Below are positions 1-8,009 of a stretch of 26,407 nt of DNA, one piece after another. The stretch comes from Methanobacteriota archaeon (GTDB lineage: Archaea; Thermoplasmatota; Poseidoniia; Poseidoniales; Poseidoniaceae). The notes beneath the pieces were generated by a model. The model searched no databases, was not told the DNA's origin, and worked only from the letters and a program-made list of their open reading frames with translations. The position numbers and the translations under genes were made by a program. Location: contig JABIWF010000031.1 in the NCBI GenBank assembly GCA_018701175.1, positions 1 through 26,407 of the forward strand, written 5' to 3'. Positions within the stretch are counted from its first letter, which is position 1, and each line of letters begins with the position of its first letter.

Positions 1-591
1 ACCGATGGTGTCATCGGGGAGTTCGAGTTGCTCAAAGCAGCGCTTCGTGAGCGACCAGAATACATCATTGTCGGTGAGATTCGTGGTGCCGAAGCATACG
101 TTCTGTTCCAAGCCATGGCAACAGGTCACTGCGCATATTCAACGGTCCACGCCGACTCCGTTCCATCTCTTGTTCACCGATTGGAGAACAAGCCGATTGA
201 CATCCCGCGTGTTTTGCTGCCAGCACTGGAAGCATGTTGCATTCAGATTCAAACCCGTATCAATGGAAAGCGTGTTCGACGTACTAAGCAACTGGTGGAG
301 ATCGTTGGTATCGACCCGAACTCCCTGGAGATCATCACCAACGAAGTATTCCGTTGGGACGTCACCAGTGATGATTTCATCTTTAGCGGCAAATCTTACG
401 TTCTTGAGAAAATCATGGTGAAACTCAATTATTCACAAGATGACATGCGACGTGAATTGCGTACACGAAAGCGTATCCTCGAGTGGATGGTCTTGAACGA
501 TATTCGCAAAGCAGACCAAGTATCTCAAATCGTAACAGAATATTACGTTCGACCTACAGAGATTATGGCACGGGTTGACGGACTTCGCTGA
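1..591 (+). CDS. Type IV filament (archaellum/pilus) assembly ATPase, FlaI/ArlI-GspE superfamily, C-terminal part; 5' end lies outside the window
   Basis: Frame 1 is open from base 1. The ORF-track M at 28 is an internal TTG. It contains IIVGEIRGAEAYVLFQAMATGHCAYSTVHADS, the Walker B-proximal/His-box region typical of secretion ATPases. TGA stop at 589-591. Platform-protein genes follow directly. Confidence 0.85.
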   Translation, partial: TDGVIGEFELLKAALRERPEYIIVGEIRGAEAYVLFQAMATGHCAYSTVHADSVPSLVHRLENKPIDIPRVLLPALEACCIQIQTRINGKRVRRTKQLVEIVGIDPNSLEIITNEVFRWDVTSDDFIFSGKSYVLEKIMVKLNYSQDDMRRELRTRKRILEWMVLNDIRKADQVSQIVTEYYVRPTEIMARVDGLR

Positions 592-610
592 ACAATAAGA
601 GGGTGATTCG

Positions 611-1630
611 ATGGACTTAACGACATGGCAAAGGATTTGCAACCGAGTTCTCGGTCGCTTCCTGCGTAAGCGTGCTCGTAACGACAAAGTCCTCTCAGAA
701 AGCCTCGTCAAAGGCGCTATACCGATGATGCCAGAAGTCTATCTGGCTACGGCAATCATGACAACCATCGCCGTTACCTTGGTTTCTTGGGGATTCGTCT
801 CATTGTTCTTCATCCCTGATATCGGAGTCATCGCCTATTGGGAAAGCATCCAAGATCCTGCAACCATCAATTACTGTTTTGAGTGGGAATACTGGAACCA
901 AGATCTAGTTGACCCGAACAAACCAGGAAACGGCTGTGACGGATTTGCCTACCAAGTCTTCCCACCAATCCTCAAGGCACTCATCGTTGCAATTGGTGGA
1001 GTTATTGTCCCCTTTGGCGCTTTCAAGTACAACAAGGGTGGTGCAACCCGTGAGGCTGCTCGCCGAGGTGCAATGATTGAGAAGTACCTTCCATACGCTG
1101 CATCCTACACCGCTGCTATGTCTGCAGCAAACGCAACACCTTCCAAGATTTTCCGCTCACTTGCAATGAACAAAGAAATCTACGGAGACGTCGCTGACGA
1201 TGCTGCGATGGTGTATCGAGATGTCACACTGCTGGGTTATGACCTCATTACGGCCATGAAGATGAGTGTCGACCGGGCTGCTTCTGTTTGGCTGACGGAA
1301 TTCTTCCAAGGTATGGTCGGCACCCTCACAGCTGGTGGTCAACTCAAATTGTATTTCCTCAACAGAGCAGAGCACTACATGCGTGAAAACCGAACACGGC
1401 TTCAGATGTTCCTTGAATCGATTGCACTGCTGGCAGAATCGTACATTGTTGTCGCTGTTGCAATGCCACTGTTCCTGATTGTTATGCTGGTCATCATGTT
1501 CTGGGTTTCGGGCAGCGGTGCGCAAATGTCTGAAGGCATGCTCTATGGAATCGTTCTTGGATTCGTGCCAATGATTCACATTGCGTACGCAATATTAGTC
1601 TGGACCAGCAGTAAAGAGCAAGAAATGTGA
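611..1630 (+). CDS. T2SSF-domain polytopic membrane protein, first half of a split FlaJ/TadB-TadC-type platform protein
   Basis: ATG at 611 lies 3 nt after the SD-like GAGGGTGAT (599-607). There are N-terminal TM helices, then a cytoplasmic helical segment (RRGAMIEKYLPYAASYTAAMSAANATPSKIFRSLA...VDRAASVWLTEFFQGMVGTLTAGGQL) that reads as a GspF/T2SSF domain, then C-terminal TM helices. The stop overlaps the next gene. Confidence 0.75.
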   Translation: MDLTTWQRICNRVLGRFLRKRARNDKVLSESLVKGAIPMMPEVYLATAIMTTIAVTLVSWGFVSLFFIPDIGVIAYWESIQDPATINYCFEWEYWNQDLVDPNKPGNGCDGFAYQVFPPILKALIVAIGGVIVPFGAFKYNKGGATREAARRGAMIEKYLPYAASYTAAMSAANATPSKIFRSLAMNKEIYGDVADDAAMVYRDVTLLGYDLITAMKMSVDRAASVWLTEFFQGMVGTLTAGGQLKLYFLNRAEHYMRENRTRLQMFLESIALLAESYIVVAVAMPLFLIVMLVIMFWVSGSGAQMSEGMLYGIVLGFVPMIHIAYAILVWTSSKEQEM

Positions 1631-3234
1631 GAGGAGGTGAGAAGTTGGCCAAAAAGAAGAACAAGATAACCGTCAAACTCGATCTTCCAAAGGACGATTC
1701 GACGCTTACGAAACTCTATGCGATTCTCTTTGTTTCGATTTTCTTAGGCTTGTGCACCGGAACAGTTTGGGCGACCAACTCCGGATTTATTCCAACTTCC
1801 AACGGCGAACCAATGTTCACCAACTTGTACTGTGGAATCACCGCCGAAGATTCCCAAGGAAACTCAGTAGGCGAGAAATTCAACACCAACATCAAGCCAG
1901 ACTACTCTGCTAATCAGTCGTGCTCAATTCTCCAAGACGCTCCTGACCGAGTCGTATGGAATGGTGAAGAGTGGAGAACCTTCACCAAACAAGGAAAGAA
2001 CTTCGATGTTCCAGGCGTTGACTCGGACCAAACTGGAGGCGTCATGGTGCTTCAGCCACTTTGGCTCAATTGCAGCGTCGATGCCGACACACCTACCGAC
2101 TACATCGTCGCTATTCGTTCTCAAGACGGTGACATCCTTGAAAGTCACCAAGGTACAACCGATACGGACAACAACCCAGACAACGACGGTTGTGGAATCA
2201 CTCTCGATAACATTCCTCCGGATACCAGATACGAGCTTGTCGCCTTCTCCCTCGAAGAAGGAAAGCGAATATCCGAGATGACGTTTGATGTCACGGTCCA
2301 CTACTACGATGGCATACCATCGAACATGAACAACAAATCCTACTGGCTCGGGCCGGAGTTGGACCTTGGCGTCAAGTCCATTCGCCCCTTCATTTTCCTC
2401 AACTTCTTTGGAATGATGTTCTTTTTCCTCTTGTATCCTGCGTCCTACTACTGGGAACGGGTCGAGAACGCAAAGAACGAAGTCGAAGAAAAATTCCCTG
2501 ATTTCCTCCGAGACTTGGCAGAATATTGGAAAGGTGGTCTTTCAATGACCGTTGCGATTCAAACTCTGGCGACCTCAGAATACGGTGCATTAAACGACGA
2601 AGTCAAGAAAATGTCCGATCAACTCAGTTGGGGTATCAAGTTCAGTGATGTCATCAAGCAATTCGCAGACCGTGTTGGCACTCCACTGGTACAGCGAGCG
2701 ATTGCACTCATTGCAGAAGCAGACCGAGCGGGTGGAAAGATTTCCGATATTCTTGTTACAGCAGCAAACGATTCTCGTGAATTGAAATTCTTAGAAGGTG
2801 AACGGAAACGTGCAATTGGCTCGTACATTGCGGTCATTTGGACCTCTTACTTCGTTTTCCTCGGCGTTATCGTCACACTGGCTGTTGTCTTTATCCCTGC
2901 TATCGCCGGTTCCAATTCGAGCGGTGAAGACGGAGGCGACAGTGGCGGTCAAACGATTGGTAATATGACAATCCGTAACATTGACCCGCTGTTTTTCCTG
3001 ACTGTATTCTACTACGGCGTAACCATGCAGGCCGTCGGTAACGGTACAATGGCTGGCCTCATGTCAACCGGTCGATTCTCCACTGGTTTCAAGCACTCTG
3101 GAATGATGATATTGGTTTCCATTGTCGTGTTTAACTTCTTAGCGTTCACTCCGAATCTCATCGGTGTCACCGAGGTGCCAGGTCTCAATCCATCTACGGG
3201 AACGTTCATTCCTTCGCCGCTGTTCTTCGGGTGA
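1627..3234 (+). CDS. T2SSF-domain platform protein, second half (FlaJ/TadC-like), with a ~200-aa extracytoplasmic insert
   Basis: Clear T2SSF-type segment: FPDFLRDLAEYWKGGLSMTVAIQTLATSEYGALNDEVKKMSDQLSWGIKFSDVIKQFADRVGTPLVQRAIALIAEADRAGGKISDIL. TM1 spans about aa 29-48. A hydrophilic Cys-containing region spans aa 49-252. TM helices follow. The start is GTG 1627 (overlapping the upstream TGA) or, perhaps more likely, TTG 1645 behind GGAGGTGA. Confidence 0.75.
   Translation: MRGGEKLAKKKNKITVKLDLPKDDSTLTKLYAILFVSIFLGLCTGTVWATNSGFIPTSNGEPMFTNLYCGITAEDSQGNSVGEKFNTNIKPDYSANQSCSILQDAPDRVVWNGEEWRTFTKQGKNFDVPGVDSDQTGGVMVLQPLWLNCSVDADTPTDYIVAIRSQDGDILESHQGTTDTDNNPDNDGCGITLDNIPPDTRYELVAFSLEEGKRISEMTFDVTVHYYDGIPSNMNNKSYWLGPELDLGVKSIRPFIFLNFFGMMFFFLLYPASYYWERVENAKNEVEEKFPDFLRDLAEYWKGGLSMTVAIQTLATSEYGALNDEVKKMSDQLSWGIKFSDVIKQFADRVGTPLVQRAIALIAEADRAGGKISDILVTAANDSRELKFLEGERKRAIGSYIAVIWTSYFVFLGVIVTLAVVFIPAIAGSNSSGEDGGDSGGQTIGNMTIRNIDPLFFLTVFYYGVTMQAVGNGTMAGLMSTGRFSTGFKHSGMMILVSIVVFNFLAFTPNLIGVTEVPGLNPSTGTFIPSPLFFG
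1633..1640 (+). promoter_or_regulatory. Shine-Dalgarno-like GGAGGTGA preceding an in-frame TTG (1645) of the second platform gene
   Basis: GGAGGTGA is a perfect match to the usual anti-SD complement. It lies 4 nt before TTG at 1645, which is in frame with the GTG at 1627 used by the ORF track. Confidence 0.5.
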
Positions 3235-3238
3235 TTGA

Positions 3239-3679
3239 ATGCGACAAAACGAAGAAGCCCAAATCCACATCCTTGAGATGTTGACGTTGTTTTGGCTGTT
3301 TTTCATGTCTGCAACCTTCTTGATTCGTATCCAAGTTCCGGATGCACCCTCAGTTGCTCATGATGCTGCGTTGGAAATCGCAGGGGATGATGCATTTCGA
3401 TACGGCATTGGGCTTGAAGCGGAAGTCTCGGGCGAGAATCGCTTGAGCGAGTTGCTTGAAAGCGGCGAATTGGATGAAGCATGTCAGTTGCTCCAAGATT
3501 ACATCGTCGCTGGAAAAGAAGCAAACTGCTGGCTATCACAGAACAGCGGCACTTCCGCCCCCTACGGCAATACCGGTACGCCTGCTGGTGAAACTGTAAC
3601 CGTTCATCACTTATTGGCGAATGGCGAGCACTCTTGGACGGTCACTCTTGACGTATGGAGTCGAGGAGGCGGAGCATGA
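3239..3679 (+). CDS. Small protein with one N-terminal hydrophobic helix; candidate pilin-like or FlaF/FlaG-like filament accessory protein
   Basis: ATG at 3239 follows GGGTGAT (3229-3235). The N-terminus is MRQNEEAQ-IHILEMLTLFWLFFMSATFLI, followed by a soluble ~115-aa domain. The TGA overlaps the next ATG (ATGA at 3676-3679). Coding status is likely; the function is inferred. Confidence 0.5.
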   Translation: MRQNEEAQIHILEMLTLFWLFFMSATFLIRIQVPDAPSVAHDAALEIAGDDAFRYGIGLEAEVSGENRLSELLESGELDEACQLLQDYIVAGKEANCWLSQNSGTSAPYGNTGTPAGETVTVHHLLANGEHSWTVTLDVWSRGGGA

Positions 3680-4128
3680 TGCGTACGCTGCATGAACGCT
3701 CAGGTGAAGACCGAGATGCGGCACAAATGTTGCTTGCAACAGGGGTAGTGTTGCTGATGTCTCTCCTCTCAATGGCGATCTTTGGCGTTAAAGTCGCTGG
3801 AATGACCATGCCTCACGATACGGCATCCGACGGAGTGTTGGTCTCATCGCTGGAAGTTGCCGACGCCGTGCCTGAACTTACGGAAGCACGAACACTACTG
3901 TGGATTGATGGAGGACTTGAACCGCTTGAAGCTGGAGAGACTGCATTCCAAAGCGTCCACGACGACATTCTGCATCACGGCGAGTTGAGAGGAATCGAAA
4001 TCAAACTCATTGACATGCGAGTCAACGAAACTTCTGCGAATACCTTGCACTTTGAGGCAGAACTCGGAATATCAGATGGCTCAGCCATGCTCACTGTACC
4101 GTTGTCGTTTGAGATTACACACGCTTAA
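3676..4128 (+). CDS. Small protein with one N-terminal hydrophobic helix; candidate pilin-like or FlaF/FlaG-like filament accessory protein
   Basis: ATG at 3676 is preceded by GAGGAGG (3663-3669) and overlaps the upstream stop. The ORF-track start at 3655 is less likely. The N-terminus is MMRTLHERSGEDRDAAQ-MLLATGVVLLMSLLSMAIFGV, followed by a ~110-aa soluble domain. TAA at 4126-4128. Confidence 0.5.
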   Translation: MMRTLHERSGEDRDAAQMLLATGVVLLMSLLSMAIFGVKVAGMTMPHDTASDGVLVSSLEVADAVPELTEARTLLWIDGGLEPLEAGETAFQSVHDDILHHGELRGIEIKLIDMRVNETSANTLHFEAELGISDGSAMLTVPLSFEITHA

Positions 4129-4790
4129 CGACGCTGCGTGTGTTCGTTCCAAGCAAGGTCCATGAGATGCTTAATGCGCTCAGTATCCTTACTGACACGG
4201 GAGAGATCAACGACGGGCCATGATGCAATTTTGGCTCGCTCAATCAAACCGTTTTGAATCGACCGTATGCGGGGGAATGCTGGCAAATAACGGTCTGCTC
4301 GACGGAACGAATGAGCATCCCGTGAACGAATCATAGAACGATGCCGGTCTTCTTCTCCAACAGTCATCACAAGACCAATTGCAATTCCTCCGGCTTCGCG
4401 CCAACTGCGCAGTAAGCGTTCACTTGGGATGATGTGCACACCTTCGATAATCAAGTCAATCCCTTCACGCCGTGCACGGTCGATGGTCGCAATGATACCG
4501 GTTTCAACAGCCTGGCATGTTTCCAGCCAATCGATGACCGGTTCACCAGAATCGCCTCGGGAAAACGATGACCGATGGAGGGCCGGCTGGGTTCGCTCCT
4601 CATCGCATGAGCGCATAATTTCACGAACGGCATCGGTTGAAAGTAACCGTGCAAAGTTATTCTGTGCAGCGAATTGAACTGACGCAGTGGATTTGCCAGT
4701 GCCGGTTGCTCCGGCAATCACCAACAATCTTGGCGCTCGGTCGGCAATGGTTCGAGCAGCGGCATCAGCCAAACTTACATGTCGAGCCAT
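4125..4790 (-). CDS. 2-phosphoglycerate kinase-like P-loop kinase (COG2074-type)
   Basis: P-loop VIAGATGTGKST is followed by LLSTDAVREIMR, which matches the STD-x-IRE-x-MR signature I associate with archaeal 2PGK-like proteins. I take the start at ATG 4790 (MARHVSLAD...). The longer ORF to 4982 would overlap the divergent ALDH gene. Confidence 0.65.
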   Translation of the reverse strand: MARHVSLADAAARTIADRAPRLLVIAGATGTGKSTASVQFAAQNNFARLLSTDAVREIMRSCDEERTQPALHRSSFSRGDSGEPVIDWLETCQAVETGIIATIDRARREGIDLIIEGVHIIPSERLLRSWREAGGIAIGLVMTVGEEDRHRSMIRSRDAHSFRRADRYLPAFPRIRSIQNGLIERAKIASWPVVDLSRVSKDTERIKHLMDLAWNEHTQRR

Positions 4791-4908
4791 AGTCAAAGCA
4801 AATGGACCTGCTTCAAGAGTCTTTTCGCCTTCTACCACTGATTGAGCATCCTTTGTACATGCCGAGCCAAAGCGAATGCCTTTGAGGGGACAGCACTTGG
4901 AGCAGTTC

Positions 4909-6345
4909 ATGAGCGCAGAACAGATGTCGATTGGTGGAAAATGGTGTGATGCTGAGGATGGGGCTACCGCCGATATCCTCAACCCTGCAACGGGTCAAGT
5001 CATGGCGACAACGCCGAAAGCAACCCTCAACGATGTCAATCGATGTGTTGAGGCATCACGAGCTGCATTTGAAGACCCGTCGTGGAAAGCGATGGACCCT
5101 GCACAACGTGGTCGAATTCTCAATAAAATGGCTCAAGCAACCTACGCCAAAGCCAAGGAACTTGCAGCCATTGAATCCAACAACAACGGTAAGACATTCC
5201 GTGAAGCACTGTCTGAAATCCGCTACGGTGCTTGGACCTTGGAATACTTTGCAGGTTTATCGGACAAAATCGAAGGAAGTACAATTCCTGTCCCGGGTAA
5301 CCGACTCAATTACACCTTGCGACAACCGCTTGGAGTTACCGTTCATATCGTTCCGTGGAACTTCCCGCTCCAACTGGCGATCCGTTCAATTGCACCAGCA
5401 CTGGCAGCAGGATGTACCGTTATTGCGAAACCTGCATCTTGGACACCTCTGTCACTCTTAGCATGGGCAAAGGCCATGGAAGAAGCAGAAGTCGGACTTC
5501 CGACAGGTGTTCTTCAAGTCATTACCGGCTCAGGTGGACTGATTGGAGATGCTCTGGCAGGACACAAGGGTGTTGACGGAATTGTCCTTACAGGCGGCGT
5601 TCCAACCGGTCAAACCGTCATGGCAAAGGCCAGTGAAAACCTCACTCCAGTCACGCTTGAACTCGGCGGCAAAGGAGCAAACCTCGTGTTTGCCGATGCT
5701 AATCTTCGCTACGCTGCAAAAGCCATCTGTTTTGGTATATTCATGAACGCAGGACAAATGTGTTGGGCTGGTTCTCGACTCATTGTCCACGAAGATGTTC
5801 ACGATGAATTGGTCGAAGCAGTCGTTGCAGAAGTCAGCAAGTGGAAAGTCGGTCCTGGCATGTCTGAAGGCGTCCGAATCGGCAGCCTCGTTCATGAGAA
5901 CCATCGTGCTGAAGTCATGGAGAAATTGCAGGCGGGTCTCGCCATGGGTGGAGAAGTCGTATGCGGTGGAAACATCGTTGAAGGTGAAGGCGCTTTTATG
6001 GAAGCAACCGTTGTCACCGGTGTAGACAGTTCAAACCTGTTGTTCAATGAGGAATTGTTCGGCCCAGTTCTTTCCGTCACAACATTCAGCGATGATGCTG
6101 AGGCTCTTGCACTTGCCAATGATTCTCCGTTTGGTCTGCTCAACGGCATATGGACGCAGAACTTGAGCCGTGCACACTCTATGGCTCGTGATTTGGAAAG
6201 CGGCATGGTCTCCATTAACGAGTACCCAATAACCTTCCCACAAACTGCATTTACCGGTTGGAAGCAATCCGGCATCGGTATCGAGCAAAGCAAGGACGCT
6301 TTGCGATTCTACACCAAGGTGAAGAATGTCAACGTCAAACTTTGA
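4909..6345 (+). CDS. NAD(P)+-dependent aldehyde dehydrogenase
   Basis: ALDH hallmarks are present: VTLELGGKGANLVF, the catalytic-Cys motif FMNAGQMCWAGSRL, and EELFGPVLSV. Start is ATG 4909 (MSAEQMSIGGKW) or 4876. Confidence 0.9.
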   Translation: MSAEQMSIGGKWCDAEDGATADILNPATGQVMATTPKATLNDVNRCVEASRAAFEDPSWKAMDPAQRGRILNKMAQATYAKAKELAAIESNNNGKTFREALSEIRYGAWTLEYFAGLSDKIEGSTIPVPGNRLNYTLRQPLGVTVHIVPWNFPLQLAIRSIAPALAAGCTVIAKPASWTPLSLLAWAKAMEEAEVGLPTGVLQVITGSGGLIGDALAGHKGVDGIVLTGGVPTGQTVMAKASENLTPVTLELGGKGANLVFADANLRYAAKAICFGIFMNAGQMCWAGSRLIVHEDVHDELVEAVVAEVSKWKVGPGMSEGVRIGSLVHENHRAEVMEKLQAGLAMGGEVVCGGNIVEGEGAFMEATVVTGVDSSNLLFNEELFGPVLSVTTFSDDAEALALANDSPFGLLNGIWTQNLSRAHSMARDLESGMVSINEYPITFPQTAFTGWKQSGIGIEQSKDALRFYTKVKNVNVKL

Positions 6346-6354
6346 GGGAGCACA

Positions 6355-7143
6355 ATGGCAGTAAAATCCACCGATTTGGAAAACGGCATTCGCCTCATTC
6401 AGTTCTCTGGCGAATCGGCAACTCAGTCGTTTTCTCGTGAATTTTTACCTCACATCGCTCAAGCCATCGATGCTGGACTTACCCATCCAAATGTTCGAGC
6501 ATTGGTTCTCACCGGTGAAGGGAAGTTCTTCTCTGCTGGTGCTGACATCAATGCCTTCGCTCAATCAATTGAAGACAAAGAAGCACCTCAATTGATTCGA
6601 GACCTCACTGGAATTCTTCACCCTTTGCTGATACGAATGCGCCAATCTCCGACCATCACCATTGCTGCCCTTAACGGTGCGAGTGCAGGTGGCGGCCTTG
6701 GACTCGCTCTTGCATGTGACGCTCGTATCGCTTCACCCCAAGCAAAAATGGCTGCATCTTATGCAGGTATGGGACTCTCACCGGATGGCGGAACGACATG
6801 GCTTCTTCCACGGTTGGTCGGAGAGCAAACCTCACGCCGGTTCTTCTTAGAAAACGAGATTTGGAGTGCTGAACAATGCGTAGCCGTCGGTGCTGCGGAT
6901 GCCCTTGTGGAAGCGGACAAACTGATTGATGCTGCTTGCTCAATGGCTGCTCGTTGGAGTCAGTGGGGAGAACATACCAAAGAAGCAACCAAGCATTTAC
7001 TGCATGTTCAATCCGCACAGGATTTTGAATCACACCTCAATCACGAACGCACCCTCATCGAGGCTGCTGGAACAACTGAAGCGTTCAAAGAAGGCGTCAC
7101 AGCATTCTTTGAAAAGCGTAAGCCAGTGTTTCACAAGGAGTGA
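6355..7143 (+). CDS. Enoyl-CoA hydratase/isomerase (crotonase) family protein
   Basis: Crotonase motifs GEGKFFSAGADINAF and AALNGASAGGGLGLALACDARIAS. SD-like GAGGGAG lies upstream. The gene starts 9 nt after the ALDH stop. Confidence 0.9.
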   Translation: MAVKSTDLENGIRLIQFSGESATQSFSREFLPHIAQAIDAGLTHPNVRALVLTGEGKFFSAGADINAFAQSIEDKEAPQLIRDLTGILHPLLIRMRQSPTITIAALNGASAGGGLGLALACDARIASPQAKMAASYAGMGLSPDGGTTWLLPRLVGEQTSRRFFLENEIWSAEQCVAVGAADALVEADKLIDAACSMAARWSQWGEHTKEATKHLLHVQSAQDFESHLNHERTLIEAAGTTEAFKEGVTAFFEKRKPVFHKE

Positions 7144-7145
7144 GT

Positions 7146-8009
7146 ATGGTGTCTGAAACGATTGAAGAAAAATCGTTTCGTGAGAAAATGCATGAAGTGA
7201 TTTTTGAAGCAGATACCAAATACGGAACGTACTTCGATGCCGCATTGTTGTTCTCAATCGTTGCCTCAATCATCGCAGTCTCACTTGAAAGTGTGGACAG
7301 TATCAACTCTCAATACCACGATCAACTGGTCTTCATTGAATGGTTCTTCACTGTTCTGTTCACCATTGAATACTTCGTACGGCTCTACATTACTCGCCAC
7401 TCAGTGGAATACGCAACTTCCTTTTTCGGCGTTGTTGACTTGTTAGCCATTCTACCAACCTACCTCAGTTTAATTGTACCAGGAACACAAAGCCTACTCA
7501 TTATCAGAGCTCTACGGTTACTGAGGGTTTTTCGGGTGTTCAAACTCACTCGTTATGTCGGGGAAGCAACCGTGCTTGGAACGGCTATTCTCGAATCTCG
7601 TTCACGTATTATCGTGTTCCTTACGACCATAACCATCCTCAGTTTCATCACCGGCGCAGGCATGTACCTGTTTGAAGGGCCGCAAAACGGATTCACATCC
7701 ATACCCCAGAGTGTCTACTGGGCAATTGTCACCTTGACAAGTACCGGCTACGGAGATACTGTGCCTCTAACCCCAATCGGAAAAGTGTTGGCAATTTTTA
7801 TCATGATCATGGGATACAGTCTCATTATTGTCCCAACTGGAATTATCTCAACTGAACTCATTAAAGCAGGTGAGTTTAGTACTCGTGCGTGCATGCAATG
7901 CTCCAAAGAAGGGCATGACATGAATGCAAAGTTTTGCAAGCACTGCGGTTATGAATTGAATCATTCAGGCAATTCAGTCTCTACAGCCTCGCCTGAAGAC
8001 CAATCATAG
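7146..8009 (+). CDS. Voltage-gated-type (6TM) K+ channel with a C-terminal CxxC...CxxC zinc-ribbon tail
   Basis: S4-like LLIIRALRLLRVFRVFKLTRYV. K+ selectivity filter TLTSTGYGDTVP. C-terminal CMQCSKEGHDMNAKFCKHCG. ATG 7146 follows AAGGAGTGA; an alternative GTG at 7140 overlaps the crotonase stop. TAG stop at 8007-8009. Confidence 0.85.
   Translation: MVSETIEEKSFREKMHEVIFEADTKYGTYFDAALLFSIVASIIAVSLESVDSINSQYHDQLVFIEWFFTVLFTIEYFVRLYITRHSVEYATSFFGVVDLLAILPTYLSLIVPGTQSLLIIRALRLLRVFRVFKLTRYVGEATVLGTAILESRSRIIVFLTTITILSFITGAGMYLFEGPQNGFTSIPQSVYWAIVTLTSTGYGDTVPLTPIGKVLAIFIMIMGYSLIIVPTGIISTELIKAGEFSTRACMQCSKEGHDMNAKFCKHCGYELNHSGNSVSTASPEDQS

Noticed and set aside
4791-4982. Longer 285-aa version of the 2PGK-like ORF, extending over the start of the aldehyde dehydrogenase gene
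   Set aside because: The extension (MRISAVAPSSASHHFPPIDICSALMNCSKCC...) is Cys/Ser/Pro-rich and has no homology signal. It would overlap the divergent ALDH coding region. The internal ATG at 4790 gives a normal-length P-loop kinase.
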